From a virus (taxonomy: Duplodnaviria > Caudoviricetes), in the IMG/VR virus record IMGVR_UViG_3300037722_000136, positions 1-46,642 of that record: a DNA stretch of 46,642 bases; one strand, 5' to 3'. Both the position numbers and the translations under genes were made by a program. Positions 24,987-35,085 of this stretch are shown here, piece by piece. Under the pieces are notes generated by a model. The model ran no database searches, was not told the DNA's origin, and worked only from the letters and a program-made list of their open reading frames with translations. Numbering within the stretch: position 1 is the stretch's first letter; each line of letters begins with the position of its first letter.

Positions 24987-26853
24987 AATCGGACCCCGGA
25001 AACTCCAAGCCGTCGCCCATCGCGGGATCGAGAGGTTTGAAAACTTCAGGAATGCCCGTCTTCTTTTTTTGCGTAACTACGTCGGTGCGTACTATGACCA
25101 GTGCCACGGAAATATCGGGTCCGAAGCCCTGAATCTCATCTTCAATGCGATCCGATCCTTGATCCCGCACATCGTAATGAGTTTTCCGAAGCATTCGGTC
25201 ACGAGCGAATACCTCGCGTACAAGGAATACGCCGAACTTCTCGCCCTCGCCCTGTCGAAACACGATAAAAAAGTCAATATCACCGACGTTTACCGCCGCG
25301 TGATCGTCGATGCGGTGTTTACGCTCGGTATTTTGAAGACCGGACTCGCGGAAAGCGATTCCCTATATGCTTTCGACACGTACGATCAGATTGACAATGG
25401 CGAACTCTACACCCTTGCGGTGGATTTCGACAACTTTGTGGTTGACCCTGATTCACGCGAGCATATGTTCATCGATGCGGCCTTCATGGGCGATCGTATT
25501 TGTGTCGCCCGCGAAGTTTTGCTGGAATCCGGGAGGTATAACAACGAGTTAGTAGAACGACTCCCGTCCCTCGAACAGCAATACAACCGTGATTCGCGGG
25601 CGTACGATCTGTCGATGGGTGATTCCCGTCGCGGAGATGAATCGTTTCTGCGGGAAAAAGTAGAGGTGCTTGAACTCTGGGTCCCGGAGGCCAACGCCAT
25701 AGTTACGGTGCCGGGTGCGAAGAACGTGACCTTTGAAGATTACCTTCGGGTGGACGATTACTACGGGCCGGACACGGGTCCGTATACTTTGCTCGCACTG
25801 ACACCCCCCGTCCCCGGAAACCCACTCCCGGTACCGGCTGTCGGTGTGTGGAATGATTTGCACGTCCTCGCAAATAAGATGGTGAAGAAGATCGTCGATC
25901 AGGCGATGGCCCAGAAAGACGTTCTCACGTACCGACGTTCCGCTGCCGACGATACACAAGAACTCGTCGATGCAAAAGACGGGTCCACGATTGCGATGGA
26001 CGACCCTGACGGGGCTCAGGTCAAGAGTCTCGGTGGGCAACAGCAGAGCAACGAGATTCATCTGGCTCACCTTCAGAACTGGTTCAACATGATGGCGTCG
26101 AACCCCGAAGCCCTCGCCGGTCAGCGTACGGATGTGGGGTCTGCGACTGAGGCTAAGATTCTCGCCGGCACGGCGTCAGTCGGTCTTGAAGACATGAAGG
26201 ACCTCGTCTATAAGATGGCGGCTGAAGAAGGCCGTAAGCGAGCGTGGTATATCCACACTGATCCCATGCTCGATCAGGCTCTCGTCCGTCGAGTTGAACG
26301 TCAACCCACCGTGATTATGACCGCTCAGGGTCCGATGGTAACAGACCCCGGTGGTATGCAGGATGTGCAAGTGTTCCTCACCCCCGAAGCTCGACGCGGT
26401 GATTTCATAGACTATCATTTTGAAGTCCAGCCCGAATCTATGGGCCGCAAGGATAGTCAAACTCGGTTCATGGAATCTATGGACTTCGCGGTTAAGATTC
26501 TCCCGGCCGCAACGCAAGCTGCTCAGACCATGCTGATGATGGGCATCCCGTTCGATGTTAAGATGTTCATTATGAACATGGCCCGGGATCGCGGGATCGA
26601 ATGGATGGACGAAGTCTGGTATGATCCGATGTTCCAAATGAAGATGGCGATGCAAATGATGCAGTCGCCGCAGCCGGAAGGGTCGAAGGGTGAAGCACGC
26701 CCGAACGCGAATCCGATGGCCGCGATCATGCAGAACGGTCAACCCGGGCAGGCGATGGGTGGAACCCCCGACTCCGAGGGACAAATGCGTTCTGACTTCC
26801 AATCCGGGGCGAACGACAGCCAGAGACAATTGAAACAAGGAGCGGGGTACTAA
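24976..26853 (+). CDS. Portal protein (P22/podovirus-like)
   Basis: 625 aa after TerL; DA..TLGILK.G, FVVDP, SATEA, Q/M-rich tail. Confidence 0.85.
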   Translation: MPSEIGPRKLQAVAHRGIERFENFRNARLLFLRNYVGAYYDQCHGNIGSEALNLIFNAIRSLIPHIVMSFPKHSVTSEYLAYKEYAELLALALSKHDKKVNITDVYRRVIVDAVFTLGILKTGLAESDSLYAFDTYDQIDNGELYTLAVDFDNFVVDPDSREHMFIDAAFMGDRICVAREVLLESGRYNNELVERLPSLEQQYNRDSRAYDLSMGDSRRGDESFLREKVEVLELWVPEANAIVTVPGAKNVTFEDYLRVDDYYGPDTGPYTLLALTPPVPGNPLPVPAVGVWNDLHVLANKMVKKIVDQAMAQKDVLTYRRSAADDTQELVDAKDGSTIAMDDPDGAQVKSLGGQQQSNEIHLAHLQNWFNMMASNPEALAGQRTDVGSATEAKILAGTASVGLEDMKDLVYKMAAEEGRKRAWYIHTDPMLDQALVRRVERQPTVIMTAQGPMVTDPGGMQDVQVFLTPEARRGDFIDYHFEVQPESMGRKDSQTRFMESMDFAVKILPAATQAAQTMLMMGIPFDVKMFIMNMARDRGIEWMDEVWYDPMFQMKMAMQMMQSPQPEGSKGEARPNANPMAAIMQNGQPGQAMGGTPDSEGQMRSDFQSGANDSQRQLKQGAGY

Positions 26854-27195
26854 ATGCCAATCTATGTATATGTCTGTGACGATTGTTTACATCAGGACGA
26901 AGTGTACCAAATGATGCGAGACGAGCCGTTGGTTCACTGCCCTAATTGTGATCGGGATACGTATCACCGGGTTCCATGTTTACCCCATATCAACATGAAA
27001 GAGTTTTCCACCCCGATTGAAATGCACAGCATCGCCTGTATCTACCCGGAACAGATCGAGGAGTTCAAACGGGACTGCCCCGGCGTCGATTGTTCCGATA
27101 ACCCGGAGGACCCTCTGTACGGGGTTCCGATTGCCCGGAGTCGGCGGGATAAGCTGAAGGCCCTCGATTCGGCGGGATTCGTCGAAAAGAATTAA
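26854..27195 (+). CDS. FmdB-family zinc-ribbon protein
   Basis: MPIY.Y.C..C....E..Q.M.D.PL..CP.C. Confidence 0.85.
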   Translation: MPIYVYVCDDCLHQDEVYQMMRDEPLVHCPNCDRDTYHRVPCLPHINMKEFSTPIEMHSIACIYPEQIEEFKRDCPGVDCSDNPEDPLYGVPIARSRRDKLKALDSAGFVEKN

Positions 27196-27205
27196 CGGAT
27201 TTTGC

Positions 27206-27233
27206 TTGACTGAGCCTGTTTTTATGGTATACT
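27206..27233 (+). promoter_or_regulatory. Sigma70-type promoter TTGACT-N16-TATACT with extended TG
   Basis: Upstream of the scaffold/capsid genes; followed by AAGGAGA SD. Confidence 0.75.
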
Positions 27234-27249
27234 TCAACAAGGAGACGCC

Positions 27250-28359
27250 ATGACCATCCATGACCCCGAACTCGCTTTTAAGACCGCCGAACCGGACGGC
27301 GATGCTTCAGCCTCGGCTGAGGAATTCAACGACGCAGACCAGACGTTGCTGGAACAAACCACGAAAGACCGGATGGCGGCGGTGTTTGGAGACACGCCCG
27401 AACCCGAACAAACTACTGACGAAGACACTGACCCGGCTCAGGAAACTGAACAGCCGGGCGATGATTTTGAAGAGACGCCTGCCGGGGAAGCAGCAGCCGA
27501 AGACGCTGGAGGTGCAGTTGATGATGAAATCGGCACTTCAACGCCTGACGCCCCTACCCTTCCCGACGCGATGCGACGATCCCTTCAGGCAAACGGGTGG
27601 GATGACGAGGACATCAATCGAAATCTGAAAGCCCCTCATGCAGATGGGTTTCTTCGGATGGCGACGAAAGTCCATGCTGACCGTCAGGCGGAAGTAGAAC
27701 GGTACGCTGAAGCCGGCCGACAACTTCGGACTGAACAGACTGCTCCGTCTTCTCAGCAGATCGCACAGCCGAGTTCGGCACAGACGGGGGTATCCCCGCT
27801 GAAGCCGATTGACGCAGATGCGATGAAGAACAAGTACGGTGCGGATGAGATGATCGACGAAATCGTTGCCCCAGTAAACGCGGCAATCGAGGCCATGAAT
27901 CAGGTCATCCCGCAGATTCAGCAGGGTCATCAGGCATCACAGCAGAATGAACTCGACCGGGTTATCGTACAGGTCGAGGGGTTCTTCGGAGACGCGAGGA
28001 TGGGGCCGTACGCCCCACTCTACGGTGATCCGAAGTCAGGTGTGACGCCTGCACAGAAGGCAAAGCGTGACGAGGTTCTGGACAACGCTTACAGTCTCGT
28101 GATCGGGGCTCGGGCGGCGACCGGACGGAACCTACAACTTGACGAAGCACTGACCCTTGCACATGAGATGGTGTCGAAGGATTACAAGGTTCAGGCAATT
28201 CGACAGGAGATTAAGCAGGCCACGCAAAAGCGTCAGTCCGGCATCTCTTTGAAGCCGTCTCGCTCTGGGACCCCCGCGTCAAGTGCCGGGGGTCGCCCTG
28301 TAAGTCGTGCCGATCTCGAAGGTCGGACGAGAGAAGGACTCGCAAAAGTCTTCGGCTGA
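27250..28359 (+). CDS. Capsid scaffolding protein
   Basis: Acidic N-terminus, helical/Q-rich body, basic C-terminus; lies between portal and capsid. Confidence 0.75.
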   Translation: MTIHDPELAFKTAEPDGDASASAEEFNDADQTLLEQTTKDRMAAVFGDTPEPEQTTDEDTDPAQETEQPGDDFEETPAGEAAAEDAGGAVDDEIGTSTPDAPTLPDAMRRSLQANGWDDEDINRNLKAPHADGFLRMATKVHADRQAEVERYAEAGRQLRTEQTAPSSQQIAQPSSAQTGVSPLKPIDADAMKNKYGADEMIDEIVAPVNAAIEAMNQVIPQIQQGHQASQQNELDRVIVQVEGFFGDARMGPYAPLYGDPKSGVTPAQKAKRDEVLDNAYSLVIGARAATGRNLQLDEALTLAHEMVSKDYKVQAIRQEIKQATQKRQSGISLKPSRSGTPASSAGGRPVSRADLEGRTREGLAKVFG

Positions 28360-28385
28360 TTGTAGCCGGATGAAAGGAATTACTG

Positions 28386-29504
28386 ATGAGTGTTGATATC
28401 GATCAATTGGCGGACCTGCTCAATACTACCCTGAAGGATTTGCCCAAGGGTCAGTTTGAAATGATGTGGGATTCGCAGCAGTATGAATTCTGCCAGATTT
28501 ACCAGCAGCATCGCCGCAAGATTGACGGCGGTACGTCGATTCAGCGTAACGTGATTCTCGACCGTCATGGTCGGGCACGCTATCGCAAGCTGTATGATAC
28601 CGATACACCGACCGTGGATCAGAACATGCAGACGATTGATGTCCACTGGACTCGGATCGGCACGGACTATTCGTGGGATGTGTTCGAGATCATGCTGAAC
28701 AAGAACTCCGAGAAGGGGTTCATCAATCTGCTCGAATCACGCCGCGAGGAGCGGATGTGGGACCTGTCGGAACTGATTGAGGAGCGTGGTTGGCTTACGC
28801 CGACTTCGGCGACGGACAAGACATTCCCCTTCGGAATTCCTTATTACCTCAACTTCCTCAACAACGGCAGCACCACGGGCGGCTTTCACGGTCAGACCAT
28901 TCGGTATCAGGGCGGCACCACGGGCACGATTTGTGCTGGTATCGACGCGGCTCTCGAAGCAAAGTGGCGTAATTACGCGGATGTCTACACGAAGGTCGAT
29001 AACTCCCTGCTCCGCAAACTGCGTCATGCCGTTCGTCGCACCCGGTTCAAGCCGTCTCCATATGTCAAGTCGAAGGGTCAGGACGGCGTGGGTTCGCCCA
29101 TCAAGTTGTATGCCAACGACGACATCGTGACTGAACTCGAAGACCTCGGTGATAAGCGGGATGACAACAACGAGCCCAAGGACCTCGCGGGTAAGATGTT
29201 GCACAATCACGAAGGCACCGTGTTCTTCAACCGCATGGCTGTTATCTACATCCCGCAGTTGGACGGCGTCACGGTGACTGATGGTGCTTCGGCATCGTTC
29301 GCCCCTGATCCGATCTACTGTGTGGACTGGTCGAAGTTGCAGCCGATCGTCCATGATGGTTACTGGATGGATGAAGGCAAGCCGATGATCGACCGTGGTC
29401 AGCACACCACGTTCACGGTCTACCTTGACGGTGCCCACCAGAACCTTTGTATCAACCGTCGTACGGCTGGCTTCGTGCTTCATCGCAGTATTCCCGGGGC
29501 CTAA
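28386..29504 (+). CDS. Major capsid protein
   Basis: 372 aa after the scaffold; TTL, GG..I, AGID.....WRN, C..RR..; strong codon bias. Confidence 0.85.
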   Translation: MSVDIDQLADLLNTTLKDLPKGQFEMMWDSQQYEFCQIYQQHRRKIDGGTSIQRNVILDRHGRARYRKLYDTDTPTVDQNMQTIDVHWTRIGTDYSWDVFEIMLNKNSEKGFINLLESRREERMWDLSELIEERGWLTPTSATDKTFPFGIPYYLNFLNNGSTTGGFHGQTIRYQGGTTGTICAGIDAALEAKWRNYADVYTKVDNSLLRKLRHAVRRTRFKPSPYVKSKGQDGVGSPIKLYANDDIVTELEDLGDKRDDNNEPKDLAGKMLHNHEGTVFFNRMAVIYIPQLDGVTVTDGASASFAPDPIYCVDWSKLQPIVHDGYWMDEGKPMIDRGQHTTFTVYLDGAHQNLCINRRTAGFVLHRSIPGA

Positions 29505-29538
29505 TCTGTTTTTCACTCTTTCATAGGAGATAACATCG

Positions 29539-30396
29539 ATGCAATTCGGAGAAATCGGTTTTAGTCAGGTAGGCGAAGCGGCTCAACCTTCACCTTCTAT
29601 TTGGTCGGACTGCCCCGGCGAAACTCTTAATTCCAACGCCGAAGGTTTCTACTTCGACGTACAGTTCATGGGTCCCCCGACCGGGATTCTGGCTGCGGCT
29701 CTCGATGTCAACATGGTTTCGTTTGGTAACGCACTGAAGCTGGACGCGGATACCGATACTGTTCTTGCGATGGTTGCCGATGCTCAGGGCGGGGCCCTCA
29801 GTATTGAAACTGACGGCGACGACAACGACGCAGCCGCTCTATTTTCGCAGCCCTTCGGCAAGATCACCAAAAACAGCGGACAGCGTCTTTGGTTTGAAGC
29901 GATTGTTGCGGCCGGCGATGTCGATGCCGACATGGGTATTTTTGTCGGTATCGTGGAAGCGGATGCTGTGGACGGCACCACAACCACGGCCCGCGATGTC
30001 CTGTCCAACGATGTCGCCAGCAACAGTCTGGTAGACGAATCCCTGATCGGTTTCGTTCAGGACAACGGCGATGATAACGCCTTCGATGCCGTCTATAAGA
30101 AAGACGCTGGCACGTTGGTCAACGTCCTGAACGATGTAACGAACGCGACGGCGATCCCGCTTGCGTCCCGTGCAGCGTTGACTGACGGTGCCTTCTTCAA
30201 ACTCGGGCTTCGGTTTGATGGCCGTGATAAGCTGACGTTTTATGCGAACGGCTATGAAGTTGCGGTACAGACCGTCGATACCACGATCGATCAGGCCAAG
30301 GATTATTGTGCCGTCGTCGCAGTCAAGACAGGTGCGGGTGCGGCCGAGCAGGTGCATGTTCGACGTGTTCGCTTTGCGTCTAAGGTTCGCGGTTAA
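29539..30396 (+). CDS. Putative capsid decoration/minor structural protein (beta-sandwich)
   Basis: Directly after MCP and before a terminator; LWFEA, KLGLRFDG, FYANG. Confidence 0.6.
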   Translation: MQFGEIGFSQVGEAAQPSPSIWSDCPGETLNSNAEGFYFDVQFMGPPTGILAAALDVNMVSFGNALKLDADTDTVLAMVADAQGGALSIETDGDDNDAAALFSQPFGKITKNSGQRLWFEAIVAAGDVDADMGIFVGIVEADAVDGTTTTARDVLSNDVASNSLVDESLIGFVQDNGDDNAFDAVYKKDAGTLVNVLNDVTNATAIPLASRAALTDGAFFKLGLRFDGRDKLTFYANGYEVAVQTVDTTIDQAKDYCAVVAVKTGAGAAEQVHVRRVRFASKVRG

Positions 30397-30409
30397 TAAA
30401 TCGTGATCG

Positions 30410-30437
30410 CTCCGGGGGATCGGCCCCCGGAGTTTAT
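30410..30437 (+). terminator. Intrinsic terminator
   Basis: CTCCGGGGG-ATCGG-CCCCCGGAG-TTTAT. Confidence 0.7.
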
Positions 30438-30451
30438 CCCTTGGAACACCC

Positions 30452-31480
30452 ATGTCCACAGAACCTACGAGCGTACTCACCTTTAACGACCTCATCCTAG
30501 AGGTTGCACAGATGGTGGGGTGGGCTGAATACGGGGACGCAGGCGACGAAGCTGCCCAAATTCCCGTGAACGTCCACGACCTTGACGAATGCAAACGGAT
30601 TGTCAACAAGGCGATCCGCATGTTTATTTCGCAGGCCCCGCCTGCTGGCTGGCGGTGGGCACAGCCTGTGGCATCGCTCGCCCTGTGGCCAACCATCGCA
30701 GAAAATGTGGCGGTCACGGTAACAGGTGGTGCGTTCTCCGGAGGCGTGACAACGATCACGGCATCGGCCGACTCGTTCTACCCTTCGATGGAGGAAAAGA
30801 CGATCTCGATCGACGGGGTCGGCGACTTCACGATTCAGACATACACCAGCCCCGCCGTGATTGTAGTCACGGGTGATGCTTCCACTGCCTCGGCGGATTT
30901 GTGGAGCATCTCATCGAACGGAAATTACACCCTGCCACGCACGTTCAGCGGTCAGTATGCCGGCGAGATTACGTATGCGGCCGGGACAGATCAAGGAACC
31001 TCAATTGCGTGGTCAACCGACGCCTTGATTCGTCAATGGCGGGAGAATGTGGATTCTGAAAACGGTGATCCGTTCCTTGCTGCGGTGCGTGTGATGGACA
31101 CAGGTACGCCTCGGCGGCGATGGGAACTGATGGCGTACCCAAACCCTGATGAAGTGATTACGGTGGAATTTCCCTTCGACCTTCATTTTGATTCGCTAGT
31201 GGATTTGACTGAGGTTCCCCCCACCCCGTTTGCCCACGATGAATCAATTCGTGCGGCCTGTCGGGCCTTGGCGGAAACCGATATTCAAGACGGTAAGACT
31301 TCTACCGAGCAGAATTATTACCAAAACATCTGCCTGCCTAATAGCTGGAAGATCGATGCTCGGTCTGCCCCGAGGCGGCTCGGGAATTTCGGCGGTCCTC
31401 AGATGATGGACCGAGCCGCTGCGTTCAAGCAGTGGCGTGACAACTGGTATCAAAGACCTGATGTTACCATAAATCTTTAA
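30452..31480 (+). CDS. Head-tail adaptor / tail tubular protein A-like
   Basis: LTF.DL..EVA, RIVN.AIR, W.W, Y.LP..F, YPNPD, P..F.H..I. Confidence 0.7.
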   Translation: MSTEPTSVLTFNDLILEVAQMVGWAEYGDAGDEAAQIPVNVHDLDECKRIVNKAIRMFISQAPPAGWRWAQPVASLALWPTIAENVAVTVTGGAFSGGVTTITASADSFYPSMEEKTISIDGVGDFTIQTYTSPAVIVVTGDASTASADLWSISSNGNYTLPRTFSGQYAGEITYAAGTDQGTSIAWSTDALIRQWRENVDSENGDPFLAAVRVMDTGTPRRRWELMAYPNPDEVITVEFPFDLHFDSLVDLTEVPPTPFAHDESIRAACRALAETDIQDGKTSTEQNYYQNICLPNSWKIDARSAPRRLGNFGGPQMMDRAAAFKQWRDNWYQRPDVTINL

Positions 31481-31519
31481 CCGTGACTCTCCGAGTCACC
31501 ACGCTCTAGGAGAATTCCA

Positions 31520-32323
31520 TTGAAATTAAGCGTCTCGAATTTCCTCACGCATATCAAAGCCCTCGTAACAGGCGGTGGGCGTGACAGCAACGGCGAACCC
31601 CAAATCGACTGTGGGTACCTTACTCGTCTTGAAGGGGTAGGGCTTGAATCGCTTGCCCCGTCAGCAGCGGTTACTGCAACGGCCGGGGCGTTGACCGTAA
31701 CTGACGGTGCCGGCACGAACGACGGAACCATCCCGGCCATTAGTACGGGCGCGGCGGCGGCGGATCAGGATGATACGATTGCGGCTATCCAAGAGATTGC
31801 GGCGGCATATAACGCCTTGCGAACTGACGTAGCCAATCTTCGATCACAACTCGGCCTCACCGCAGACGAAACCAACGCCCGGGTTCTGGTTATCGAAGAA
31901 GGGGTGGATAGTGCCGGCAACATTAACGTGGTCATTCCTCGGGACTACGACGAGGCCACCGACGAACTGATCCTTCGAGTCCTTGCTTCACAACTGACGG
32001 TTTCCACTGACGACGACGTTAAACTCGATGTCGAGGTTTACCGCAAACGTGCCAGGTCCGCCCTGTCGGCTGATCTCGCCCCATCATTCACCGATGATGA
32101 TGATGTCCCTGTTCTCTCCACAACCGAACAGTGGGTCGAATTCGACCTCGGTCAGTTGGGGATGCTGCGTGACGACGTGTTGACGATCGAACTGATTACG
32201 AACGGGGCTAACGACACGAATGCCGAAGAAGTCGTCCTTCATGGCATGGAGTTGGTGTACCGTTCTTGCCTTGTCAGCTACCACGAATTTGAGGATGCGG
32301 CCCAGACGCAACCCCTTCGATAA
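31520..32323 (+). CDS. Virion structural protein with a short coiled-coil insert
   Basis: TTG start with AGGAG SD; IPRDYDE; AIQEIAAAYNALRTDVANLR. Confidence 0.6.
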   Translation: MKLSVSNFLTHIKALVTGGGRDSNGEPQIDCGYLTRLEGVGLESLAPSAAVTATAGALTVTDGAGTNDGTIPAISTGAAAADQDDTIAAIQEIAAAYNALRTDVANLRSQLGLTADETNARVLVIEEGVDSAGNINVVIPRDYDEATDELILRVLASQLTVSTDDDVKLDVEVYRKRARSALSADLAPSFTDDDDVPVLSTTEQWVEFDLGQLGMLRDDVLTIELITNGANDTNAEEVVLHGMELVYRSCLVSYHEFEDAAQTQPLR

Positions 32324-32330
32324 CATCGAT

Positions 32331-32360
32331 CCCGGCCCCTTAAATGGGGTCGGGTTTTTT
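32331..32360 (+). terminator. Intrinsic terminator
   Basis: CCCGGCCCC-TTAAAT-GGGGTCGGG-TTTTTT. Confidence 0.8.
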
Positions 32361-32364
32361 ACCT

Positions 32365-35085
32365 ATGCCCACTCCGCAGACAAACATCTTCCCGTTCAAA
32401 GGTCTGAACATCACAGCCGGCTATGATAAGATGCCGGAAGGGATGACCGATCAGGTCCTTAACGTACGCCCGCACGATACCCTAGAAGGCCGTCTTCGTG
32501 GCGGTCGTCGCGGTGGATTGTCGAAATGGGTCGGGGCCGACATAAACGGCACGAACCCCATACAATCCATGATCCGTCTGGTACGGCCAGCCGACTATCC
32601 GGTGCCGTCTGATGATCTGCTAATCTTGCCGGATAATTCAGGCGGGGCTGGCGGTATAATCCGGGCGAATGCAAACCGTGTCTTGTTTCAACAGGAGTGG
32701 GACGGGATCGGCCCACAAGAACTCGAAGCCGGGGATTACGACGGCCGGTTCTATTACGTCGGAGGGGATCGAGCAACTATAACCGGAGTGGATGGGGGCG
32801 GTAGTAATATACTGTGGAAGATCGACCCGTCGTTTGAGACCGTTGCCAGCAGCATAGCCGGGGTGTGGGACGCGGCTGGTACGAGCCAGAGATTAACGGG
32901 GCTGGTATACGACGAAAGCCGACACGTTATTTTCGTGTCGGTTTACACGCGAACCGCTACATACGATGGCACCACCGGGTCCACAGCCAACCTGTTCTGC
33001 TTGGATGCGGATACGTTTGCTATAGTGTGGGTACGTGATTTACAGACCCCCACCACAGACGGGACCCTGAGTCACTTGTTTCAGTTGCGTCTCGATCCGT
33101 TTGGTAATTTGTTCATATTCGCTAATGTCAACACCCTCTTCCAAGACTACGACCTCACCCTATTCAAGATAAACGGGGACACTGGGGCAACGATGGCGTC
33201 TCACCATTTCGGTGAAGATATGACATTCGCCGATACGGAAGCGACAGATTTCGGAAACAGGGCAGATATTGCCATACGGCCAACTGATGGCCGAGTGGTT
33301 GCCGCTGTATTCGTTCAGCCGGCGGGATCGCTAACAGGTATACTATGGGTCTGGGATAACGATCTCGTATTGCAGCAGCAACTCATCCCTGCTGATTTCG
33401 CCCCGGATTTGACAGGAGATATAAACACCGTTGCTTGGGTCCCGGAAAGTCAGCATGTGGTATTCGCCGCACGTCCCCTAGCGGACGCGGGCGGGACCAC
33501 TAAGATCATACGTAGCGACCAGACCGGGATCATTCAGTGGACTACTCTTATCTCCACACAGAGCGACGCAGACTATCGGGTTCGGGCTGACCACAACTTG
33601 CGTAATATCTTTGTTACCGGGATGGAATCGACTACGTGGGTCGGGAGTTCTGGGGCGACCGCGAATTTCTGGGTACTCGACCTCGACGGGGTTATCGTAG
33701 CGGACCTCGATCTTGATTATGATTTTTCCAACGTGGCGAACGATGCCGTGCAGCTACAGGTATTGAGCGGAGCATCGAGCCCGATCCTCCCACGCCGATC
33801 AGCCCTCGTCGTGATATCAAACGGGAATGTGAAGATCATCGAAGACGGGACAATCCATCTTCCGACGAACGGAACCAACGTCGCAACCACGAACCCTTTC
33901 AGAGTGCAGATGGCTACGTTGAACGACAAGGCGTTTTGGGTGGACGGGACGAACAGCCGCTATTATGACATCGACGATGACACGGTGTATGACTGGGAAG
34001 ATGAAACATTGCAGGGGACTTTCCCTGCTGGTAACACGCTTGTCGCACGGTATCGAAATCGAATTGTTCTCGCCGGTGATGCATCAGGAAACTGGTATAT
34101 GTGTCGTGCCGGGAATCCGCTAGACTGGGATTTTTCCCCTGACCCCCCGGATGCCACGCAGGCGGTCGCCGGCAACAACGGCAACGGCGGCGTGATCGGT
34201 GATCTCATTACTGCTCTGATTCCGATCGGAGATGACACCCTGATCTTCGGGTGTATGAATTCGATCCACCAGATGACCGGCGACCCGGCCGCAGGCGGTC
34301 AGGTTGACCTGATTACTGGGGGCATGGGTATTGTCTTTGGTAAAGGGTGGGCACAGGATCAGAGCGGAACGATATACTTTGTCACCCGCGACGGCGTCTA
34401 CACAATGTCGATCGGCCATGCCCCAAAAAGCATAACTGCCGGCCGGCTCGATGAACTGTTCCGTGAAACCGACTTCTCTACAACCCGCACCCTTGCGGAA
34501 TGGGACTACAAGAATAAGCAGTTGTGGGTTCTGTTGAGTCCGGCAAACTTAGGGTCACAGGCGACCGTGTTGCTGTGGGACGCTCGCACTGATTCGTGGT
34601 GGAAAGACAATTACCCGGTGTCGATCGGCCCCTTCTTCTTGTATGCGGACATCGGGGACAACCCCAACGAGAACGAGTTTTTAGTGGGTTCCCGCGACGG
34701 GTTCATTCGCAAGGTTGATCTCGACGCGGCAGACGATGACGGGAATACTATTTCGAGTCTCGTTAGAATCCCGCTGGTAAACCACCCCGACCCATCGGAG
34801 CAGTTGAAACTCACTGAGGTTACGGGGTTGCTCGCCAACGGAAGCGGACCTGTCGTGATGAAGGTGTTTTCCGGGGAAACCTCGGAGCAGGTATCGAAGG
34901 CGTCATCCCCCCGGCTGAGCCGCGTGTGGTCAGCGGGTCGGAATCTTCAGGTTCATCAGAAAGTATCCGCCCACGCGATTGCATTGGAGATCAGTCAAGA
35001 CGACGCAGATGCCGACGCATGGGCGTTGGAGCGGTTAGCGACTAACATGTCTGAATCCGGCCGGGCCAGAAAGAGGGTGTCTTAA
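32365..35085 (+). CDS. Tail nozzle / tubular protein B (P22 gp10-like beta-propeller) with an extra propeller insert
   Basis: FP.KGLN, NVRP, YRNRIVLA, G.PLDWD, GD.ITAL, YFVT.DGVY, LLWD.RT.SWW. ATG 32365 preferred because ATG 32344 lies in the terminator. Confidence 0.75.
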   Translation: MPTPQTNIFPFKGLNITAGYDKMPEGMTDQVLNVRPHDTLEGRLRGGRRGGLSKWVGADINGTNPIQSMIRLVRPADYPVPSDDLLILPDNSGGAGGIIRANANRVLFQQEWDGIGPQELEAGDYDGRFYYVGGDRATITGVDGGGSNILWKIDPSFETVASSIAGVWDAAGTSQRLTGLVYDESRHVIFVSVYTRTATYDGTTGSTANLFCLDADTFAIVWVRDLQTPTTDGTLSHLFQLRLDPFGNLFIFANVNTLFQDYDLTLFKINGDTGATMASHHFGEDMTFADTEATDFGNRADIAIRPTDGRVVAAVFVQPAGSLTGILWVWDNDLVLQQQLIPADFAPDLTGDINTVAWVPESQHVVFAARPLADAGGTTKIIRSDQTGIIQWTTLISTQSDADYRVRADHNLRNIFVTGMESTTWVGSSGATANFWVLDLDGVIVADLDLDYDFSNVANDAVQLQVLSGASSPILPRRSALVVISNGNVKIIEDGTIHLPTNGTNVATTNPFRVQMATLNDKAFWVDGTNSRYYDIDDDTVYDWEDETLQGTFPAGNTLVARYRNRIVLAGDASGNWYMCRAGNPLDWDFSPDPPDATQAVAGNNGNGGVIGDLITALIPIGDDTLIFGCMNSIHQMTGDPAAGGQVDLITGGMGIVFGKGWAQDQSGTIYFVTRDGVYTMSIGHAPKSITAGRLDELFRETDFSTTRTLAEWDYKNKQLWVLLSPANLGSQATVLLWDARTDSWWKDNYPVSIGPFFLYADIGDNPNENEFLVGSRDGFIRKVDLDAADDDGNTISSLVRIPLVNHPDPSEQLKLTEVTGLLANGSGPVVMKVFSGETSEQVSKASSPRLSRVWSAGRNLQVHQKVSAHAIALEISQDDADADAWALERLATNMSESGRARKRVS

